Position numbers and translations under genes: made by a program. The notes beneath the pieces were generated by a model. The model made no database searches and was not told the origin of the DNA. It saw nothing but the letters and a program-made list of their open reading frames with translations. Positions 58,226 to 64,000 of a stretch of 64,000 nucleotides of DNA are shown here, in pieces. Each line of letters starts with the position of its first letter. Position 1 is the first letter of the stretch. Location of the stretch: positions 34,107 to 98,106 of IMG/VR virus record IMGVR_UViG_3300017971_000228; one strand, 5' to 3'. Source of the stretch: a virus.

Positions 58226-59286
58226 TCGCCGGTTCTATGCCCCCCTACGTCTTCGGCTCTGGTGCCATCCAGTCGCTGCCTAGGTTGCTAGCGAAGCGGC
58301 GGCCTGGGTGGGTGCTGTGGCTGGTAGATCACTACTTTCGCGGGCTGAGAGAAATCTGCCTGCATGGTTCGAATATCTCAGACCAGCGGTTCTGTGTGGA
58401 TACCACCTTTGAGCCGACGGTGGAATCCGTGGATCGTATAGCTGAGGTCGTGCGAGACATAGGTGATGCGCCTACTGCCATCGTCGCCATTGGCGGCGGT
58501 TCCACCATGGACACCGCCAAGGCAGTCTCCGTGCTCCTCACCAATCCCGGCAAGGCAGCGGATTATCAAGGCTGGGATCTGGTGAAGGAACCCGCGGTCT
58601 ACAAGATCGGCGTTCCTACCATCTCGGGGACCGGCAGCGAGTCATCCTCTACGGCTGTCCTTACCAACCACGCCAAGGGGCTGAAGCTGGGGATCAATTC
58701 GCCGTACTCACGATTCGATCAGGTGGTGCTGGACCCGGACCTGACGAAGACGGTGCCGCACGAGCAGCGGTTCTACACGGCGATGGACACGTGGTTTCAC
58801 TGCAATGAGTACCTGTATGGACATGAGCACAACCGACTGACAAGTGAGTTAGCAGAATCAGCGGCAGGGCTAGTATCAGAAGTTTTTGTACCATACTGGT
58901 TGGACCCGCCAGCGGACGACGATGCAAGAGAAATGCTGATGGTAGCATCCTATCTAGGCGGTGCTGCTGCTGGATGCACAGGGCTAGTTCATCCATTCTC
59001 GGCGGGCCTGAGCATGGTACTGGGGCTGAGGCACGGGTTGGCGAATTGCGTGGCGGTACGGGGGTTGCAGGATCTAGCGCCGATGTATCACTGGTTCATG
59101 GACTACTTGGAAGATAGCCACATCGAGCTTCCCACTGGCCTCTGCGCCGACCTGACCGATGACCAGATGGAACAACTCTATCAATCCACCATCGTCCACG
59201 AGAAGCCCTTGCGGAATGCGCTGGGGGATGGGTGGCGGGACGTGCTGACACGGGAGAAGGTGCTAGAGATCTTCGGGAGGATGTGA
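58222..59286 (+). CDS. Iron-containing alcohol dehydrogenase, KdnB-like sugar oxidase
   Basis: GGGSTMDTAKAVS, YQGWDLVK.P, PTISGTG.E, KLGINS, FYT.MD...HC.E. Confidence 0.8.
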   Translation: MIAGSMPPYVFGSGAIQSLPRLLAKRRPGWVLWLVDHYFRGLREICLHGSNISDQRFCVDTTFEPTVESVDRIAEVVRDIGDAPTAIVAIGGGSTMDTAKAVSVLLTNPGKAADYQGWDLVKEPAVYKIGVPTISGTGSESSSTAVLTNHAKGLKLGINSPYSRFDQVVLDPDLTKTVPHEQRFYTAMDTWFHCNEYLYGHEHNRLTSELAESAAGLVSEVFVPYWLDPPADDDAREMLMVASYLGGAAAGCTGLVHPFSAGLSMVLGLRHGLANCVAVRGLQDLAPMYHWFMDYLEDSHIELPTGLCADLTDDQMEQLYQSTIVHEKPLRNALGDGWRDVLTREKVLEIFGRM

Positions 59287-59588
59287 TGGCAGAATCAGAT
59301 GAACTGAAGGAGCTCAAGGGTCAGATCACTTCGCTCAAGGGGCGACTGACTAGGCTCGAGAGAGACAGGGACGAGCTAAAGGAGCGCCAGGACCGCGCCC
59401 TGCTCATCGAGGGCATCATCACGCCCGACATGGAGCGGTCGGAGACCGTCGTCACCTTCATGCGCAAGGTGGTGCTGATGGGGCTGCTGACCAAGGACGA
59501 GGCGCGGGCGCTGTTCCGGCGGGTGGTGCGGCCGGACGGGTATCTCTTGAGCAGGTTCGACGCGGTGGTGCTGGACAGGAGGGAGTGA
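59286..59588 (+). CDS. Coiled-coil hypothetical protein
   Basis: Coupled ORF between the sugar genes. Confidence 0.55.
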   Translation: MAESDELKELKGQITSLKGRLTRLERDRDELKERQDRALLIEGIITPDMERSETVVTFMRKVVLMGLLTKDEARALFRRVVRPDGYLLSRFDAVVLDRRE

Positions 59589-60784
59589 TGGATTGGAAGA
59601 TCCCCTTCTCCGGTCGCCAGCACGAGTACACCCTTGACGAGATGGTGGTAGTCCTGAAAGCCATGATGGGCGCCAACCCACTTACCCAGGGCGGCTACCG
59701 AGACGAGTTCGAGGCGGCCTTCGCAGACTACCTGGGCGTGAGTGGGGGGTGCTTCGCGGTGAGCAACGCTACGTGTGCTCTGGAGCTGGCGGCGCAGCTC
59801 TGCCAGTTTGAGGAGGGCGACGAGGTCATCATCCCGGCGCACACATTCACGTCCACGGCCTACCCGTTTATCAAGCACGGCGCCAAGGTGGTGTGGGCTG
59901 ATATTGATCCAGAGACGCATGTGGTGACGCGCCACACAGTCCAGCGTTGTGTGACAGAGCGGACACGAGCGGTGGTTGTTGTGCATCTCTATGGCTATGT
60001 AGCTGATACGGGTACGGTTTCAGAGGCCCTGTATCTCAAGCATGGATTCGTGATAGAGGATGCTGCGCAAGCACTTGGAACACGCTTTGAGGCTGGTAGT
60101 GGGCAGTATCACTATGAGTGGCATCCTGGCGCCTATGGACACATGGGTGTGTTCTCTTTACACTCTCACAAGAACATCACAACGCTGGGCGAGGGTGGTG
60201 TTCTGTTTGTAAATGACTGGATGGACGAGGACCTGGTCCCCATGCTCCGACACAACGGCCACAAGCCCTATCCCGAGCGTGAGGACTACTGGGTGCCGGC
60301 CATGGGCGACGTGGACCTGCCAGAGCTGAACGGCAAGCCACTGATGCCGCACAACTTCTGTCTGGGCGAGGTGGAGTGTGCTTTGGGGACGAAGCTGTTG
60401 GAGAGGATAGATAGTATCAATGCCGAGAAGCGACGAAGGGCACTGTGGTTCATTGATGAGCTCTCAGGATATGAACAGCTTTCATTTCACCGAGTTGATT
60501 CTGAACGACACAACTACCACTTGTTGGTTGCACGCTATGAAGGAACTACAGAAGATCGTAATTCTCTCATACGGAGTCTCGCGCGAGATCATGGGGTTCA
60601 ATGTGTCGTCCAGTACATGCCCCTGTACCGCTATCCCTTCTACCAGAAGCTAGGGCTGGGTGAAGCGGACTGTCCGGTGACGGATCAGTGGTACGATCAC
60701 ATGGTGAGCTTCCCGTTCCAGCATTCGCTGACGGATGGGGAGCTGGAGTACGAGGTGGAATGTGTGAAGGAGGTACTGGGATGA
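59585..60784 (+). CDS. DegT/DnrJ/EryC1/StrS sugar aminotransferase
   Basis: FE..FA.YLG, VSNAT.AL, VVHLYG, IEDAAQA, FSLHSHKNITTLGEGG. Confidence 0.93.
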   Translation: MMDWKIPFSGRQHEYTLDEMVVVLKAMMGANPLTQGGYRDEFEAAFADYLGVSGGCFAVSNATCALELAAQLCQFEEGDEVIIPAHTFTSTAYPFIKHGAKVVWADIDPETHVVTRHTVQRCVTERTRAVVVVHLYGYVADTGTVSEALYLKHGFVIEDAAQALGTRFEAGSGQYHYEWHPGAYGHMGVFSLHSHKNITTLGEGGVLFVNDWMDEDLVPMLRHNGHKPYPEREDYWVPAMGDVDLPELNGKPLMPHNFCLGEVECALGTKLLERIDSINAEKRRRALWFIDELSGYEQLSFHRVDSERHNYHLLVARYEGTTEDRNSLIRSLARDHGVQCVVQYMPLYRYPFYQKLGLGEADCPVTDQWYDHMVSFPFQHSLTDGELEYEVECVKEVLG

Positions 60785-61110
60785 AGTTTTCTATCAGCCG
60801 AACGTCTGGTGGGGATCCTCCATGTGGGGAAGCTGTCAAAGAACACTACCAGATGATGCAGCATCGGCTAGTTGCGTGGCTAGAAGAGCATCCGAGGCAG
60901 CACAAAAACTGGCAGCAGCATGGTTCTGATCACCAGGTCAAGAATGGGATAGCAACGCGGATGATTCCGTGGGAGCGGTGGGTGGTTGAGATTGAATCAC
61001 TTGAGGATCTGCTTGCTCACATTGACAAATGGGAGTCGGAGACCATCGTGTACGGCAAGAAGAGCGATGGATTGCCAAGCATAGAGATTTATGACGACTA
61101 TCGAGAGTAG
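60781..61110 (+). CDS. Conserved phage hypothetical protein
   Basis: W.VEI.SLEDL...IEIYDDYRE. Confidence 0.6.
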   Translation: MKFSISRTSGGDPPCGEAVKEHYQMMQHRLVAWLEEHPRQHKNWQQHGSDHQVKNGIATRMIPWERWVVEIESLEDLLAHIDKWESETIVYGKKSDGLPSIEIYDDYRE

Positions 61111-61408
61111 GCTTCATTTAGCCTCCGCGCCCCAACACTCCACCGAACGCATAGACGTCAATGTCCTCATCGGCGACGTGTCGGAGCGCGACAAGTTCCT
61201 ATTCTTTGAGCCTTTCCAGGACGATGACGTGTGGCTGGAACTGCCGGCAGGCGAACTCTTGTGGGCGGACTTGTTGGCGCATCTGGGGGTGTTCAGTTCC
61301 AAGAGCCAGGCACGGAAAGCGGGGTGGGATAGGATGGTGGAATCAGGGTTCAGCGACGTGACGGTGGGGAAGCTGAAGCACAGGGTGGTGGTATTCAAGG
61401 AGGAGTGA
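61091..61408 (+). CDS. Stand-alone S4-like RNA-binding domain (TyrRS C-terminal-like)
   Basis: DLL..LG.FSSKSQARK...VGK. Confidence 0.55.
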   Translation: MTTIESRLHLASAPQHSTERIDVNVLIGDVSERDKFLFFEPFQDDDVWLELPAGELLWADLLAHLGVFSSKSQARKAGWDRMVESGFSDVTVGKLKHRVVVFKEE

Positions 61409-61728
61409 TGAGGCTGAAAGAACGTGTTCAGGTTCTGGAGGACAAGCAGCAGGATATGGAGAAGAGGCTAGTAGAAGCAAGGATTCTAACTGAGCCCTGG
61501 GACTGGTCTGCATGGCCTTGGGAAACAATGGACTCTGGCAGCGTACTCATTCGCAAGAGAAGTCATGCTATTCGCCTGGTAGATCTTGTAGAGAAGATAG
61601 AGAAGTTGGAACAAAAAGTGGATCTGCTGGCAGCTGAAGGATGTCATCTTGAGTTCAGATGGGTTAGGGACAAGGTTGAGAAGGCCCATCATGAATTGGT
61701 GCCCTTGGGGGATGCTGAGTGCGAATAG
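61405..61728 (+). CDS. Coiled-coil hypothetical protein
   Basis: GGAGG SD; coupled ORF. Confidence 0.5.
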   Translation: MMRLKERVQVLEDKQQDMEKRLVEARILTEPWDWSAWPWETMDSGSVLIRKRSHAIRLVDLVEKIEKLEQKVDLLAAEGCHLEFRWVRDKVEKAHHELVPLGDAECE

Positions 61729-61782
61729 TCATCCGAGTCATCGGGTAGTAGTGCTGAATATGACCGGGGAAGAGAGGAGATT

Positions 61783-61980
61783 TTGCAGTTACCAGTAGCA
61801 GGTTGGACAGATGAAGGTCTGCGGTCCTGCCCTTTCTGTGGGGGCAGGGTAATGCTGTCATTCTATGACGGCAGTATTCACTGTGATACATGCGGCAAAC
61901 GCCAAGAATCCAGCCGAAGCGAATATGAAGCAAGGTGTAAATGGAACACACGCGCATGCGAATCATCATCCGAGTCATAG
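61783..61980 (+). CDS. Lar-family restriction-alleviation zinc ribbon
   Basis: L.SCPFCGG...C..CG...EA...WN.RA. Confidence 0.7.
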   Translation: MQLPVAGWTDEGLRSCPFCGGRVMLSFYDGSIHCDTCGKRQESSRSEYEARCKWNTRACESSSES

Positions 61981-62948
61981 CTTCCCAAGAACATGGACTG
62001 GGCCACGTCTATCGGGCGATGACGCTGGCGGAGGAGTTTGAGCGGCTGGGGCATGAGGTGCGGTTCGCTTGCGGCAATGACGCTCTAGGTCTGGTAGAGC
62101 AGATAGTTGGGGTACGGTATGGGGTGGATGCTGGTCACTCTTCCGACTACGCACTCTTTGCATGGCCCACACTCGTTATCAATGACATCTTGGACACTAG
62201 CGAAGAGTATGTAGAAGCCCTCAAGGATGCGGGGCGCAAAGTCATCAACTTCGAAGACCTTGGCCCAGGTGCGGACCACGCCGACCTCGTCATCAATGCT
62301 CTCTTCCAGACGCCTCAACGCGAAGGTGACCACTATCTGTGGGGGATAGACTACTTCTTTCTGCGTGATGAGTTCGTTCAAGCACAACCGTCGCCCTGGA
62401 ACAACCAGGTGGACAACGTACTGGTGTCCTACGGTGGCACGGATCCTACGGATCTCACCTGGAAGACGGTGAATGCCATCGCGCCCTACTGTCGGGAGCA
62501 CAAGATCACCATGTACATCGTCGTGGGACCAGGCTATACGGTGGAGCGCGAGGCCGCGGTGTTGAAACTGCTGTGGGACTGGGGCGTGGAGCGGGTGTTC
62601 TTCGTGCGGGAGACGGGGGTGATGGCGCAGATCATGAGCCGGTGCCAGCTGGCGTTCTGCTCCAACGGGCGGACGGTGTATGAGCTGGCGCACATGCACG
62701 TGCCGGCCTTTGTGATAGCTCATCATGAACGGGAAAACACGCACGATTTTGCCACTAGGGAGAATGGGTTCGCCAACATGGGTGTCTATCGGGAAGGGTT
62801 GATGTACGAAATGCGAAGGTTCGGGGAGTGGGCTGCTGAAGCTGCTGATGTCAGACGCGAGTGCTGGGAAGCCATGCAGCGGTTCGATCTGAGTGGGAAC
62901 AAGGAGAGAGTGGCGAGGAGGATACTGGAGGCATGTAATGAGCGGTAG
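61956..62948 (+). CDS. PseG/SpsG-like nucleotide-sugar hydrolase/glycosyltransferase
   Basis: GLGHVYR..TLA, FEDLG.GA..AD.VINAL, LR.EF, YGGTDP, NGRTVYEL. Confidence 0.85.
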   Translation: MRIIIRVIASQEHGLGHVYRAMTLAEEFERLGHEVRFACGNDALGLVEQIVGVRYGVDAGHSSDYALFAWPTLVINDILDTSEEYVEALKDAGRKVINFEDLGPGADHADLVINALFQTPQREGDHYLWGIDYFFLRDEFVQAQPSPWNNQVDNVLVSYGGTDPTDLTWKTVNAIAPYCREHKITMYIVVGPGYTVEREAAVLKLLWDWGVERVFFVRETGVMAQIMSRCQLAFCSNGRTVYELAHMHVPAFVIAHHERENTHDFATRENGFANMGVYREGLMYEMRRFGEWAAEAADVRRECWEAMQRFDLSGNKERVARRILEACNER

Positions 62949-63201
62949 CTTGAGTATATACGGAATGCGGGAAGTGAACCGTGAGTTAGTAAAGCTCTTG
63001 AATGACTACCAAGAGCGCCCCGATACTTCACCCCAGGCACATGATTGGGCAATGGAGCTGGCTGAAGAAATATCGAGTCAAGTAGACTTCATTCGTGACA
63101 AGCCATCAATTGCGACAGAGATCAATGAGTGGTGTTACGATATCCGGGTCGCAGACATACCAGACACCATAGACATCATTAGGGTAGAATATAGCTGGTG
63201 A
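62938..63201 (+). CDS. Hypothetical protein
   Basis: GGAGG SD; coupled ORF. Confidence 0.5.
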   Translation: MSGSLSIYGMREVNRELVKLLNDYQERPDTSPQAHDWAMELAEEISSQVDFIRDKPSIATEINEWCYDIRVADIPDTIDIIRVEYSW

Positions 63202-63351
63202 TTGGAGGTGTGCGAATGAGTCTGGGAGAAGCAGCGATTCTCAGTGGGATATGGCTTCTGATAAGGCTTCATCATGGCTGGCCATGGTGGGCTGGCCTCA
63301 TCGGCTTTACGCTAACGCTTCTGACAGTTCATTTGATAGGGGCATGGTTCA

Positions 63352-64000
63352 ATGTCTGATAAAGTCGTCGCCGTCGTTCAAGCTCGCATGGGCAGCACGC
63401 GCCTTCCTAACAAGGCTATGCTGTGGCTCAACGGCTATCCGGTGATTGAGTGGGTCATTCGGCGACTCAGGCGATGCGAAAGACTGGATGACATCATAGT
63501 TGCTATCCCGCACGCTGGCATCAGTCGTGAGAATAGCGTGCTAGGTGAGTACGTGGCGAGGCGTGGGGTAGAAGCGACGGGGACAATCAACGAGAACAAT
63601 GTACTCAATCGGATTCTGGTAGCGGCCGAGGTCAAACAGGCAGATTATGTAGTTCGGGTGTGCGGCGACTGCCCATTTGTATCGCCTAGCGTAGTGGATG
63701 ATCTCGTGGAACGTTTCATGGAGATTGAAGTGGACTATATGTACAACCATATCCCACGCAGCAATCTCTATCCTGATGGACTGGGGGCTGAGATAGTATC
63801 CTTTGAGACGCTTGAATTGCTGCACCAGCGCGCGAAGGGATCGGAGCAGATTGAGCATGCTTTCAACCACATCTAAAACAACCTAGGCATGTACCGCATG
63901 AGTACATTCAACCCACCAGACCCATGCCTACACCATCCTGAGCTCAAGCTCGATCTCGACACCTACGAAGATTATCAAAGACTGCTGGCCAGCGGGGTGG
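63352..64000 (+). pseudogene. SpsF-like cytidylyltransferase with an in-frame TAA at 63874-63876
   Basis: QARMGSTRLPNK, VRVCGDCP, YPDGLG.E; homology continues past the stop (LKLDLDTYEDY). Confidence 0.7.

Noticed and set aside
1-64000. tRNA/rRNA genes and alternative genetic code
   Set aside because: No cloverleaf or rRNA-like segment was recognised by eye; all three stop codons terminate well-formed genes.
58222-64000. Host chromosome flank (prophage boundary)
   Set aside because: The sugar genes are interleaved and translationally coupled with typical phage ORFs (Lar-like and hypotheticals), and the integrase lies far away, internal to the phage genes.

Overview
This window is a roughly 64-kb segment of a temperate, long-tailed (siphovirus-like) phage genome. 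It is apparently in the non-integrated form, because the lysis genes abut the integrase with no host genes between them. Gene order: end of a giant repeat fibre-like protein; neck and tail genes interrupted by two glycosyltransferases, with duplicated tail-tube genes and a -1 frameshifted chaperone; tape measure and tail tip; lysis; serine integrase and a CI/Cro switch; recombination and replication genes (Sak, ParB, primase, initiator, DnaB); a large DNA-modification block (four amino-methyltransferases, a YhhQ transporter plus TGT/DpdA-like enzyme, a radical SAM protein, a TET-associated-type glycosyltransferase); terminase; an array of small accessory genes; and an amino-ulosonic-acid sugar pathway (KdnB-like, DegT, PseG/SpsG, SpsF). 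A Chloroflexota-like host is only an inference from protein style. Main findings: (1) a complete HNH endonuclease cassette with its own sigma70 promoter and SD is nested antisense inside a methyltransferase gene, keeps the host frame open, and may be looped out by a Cys/His clasp; the same gene also carries a LAGLIDADG intein. (2) An array of about 210-245 bp gene cassettes, each preceded by a duplicated gene-start repeat (GLPLPGR), with a matching insertion scar elsewhere. (3) A putative self-encoded virion glycosylation system, with small-small-Cys/Ser/Thr motifs enriched in the structural proteins. All family assignments come from motif recognition by eye; no searches were run.
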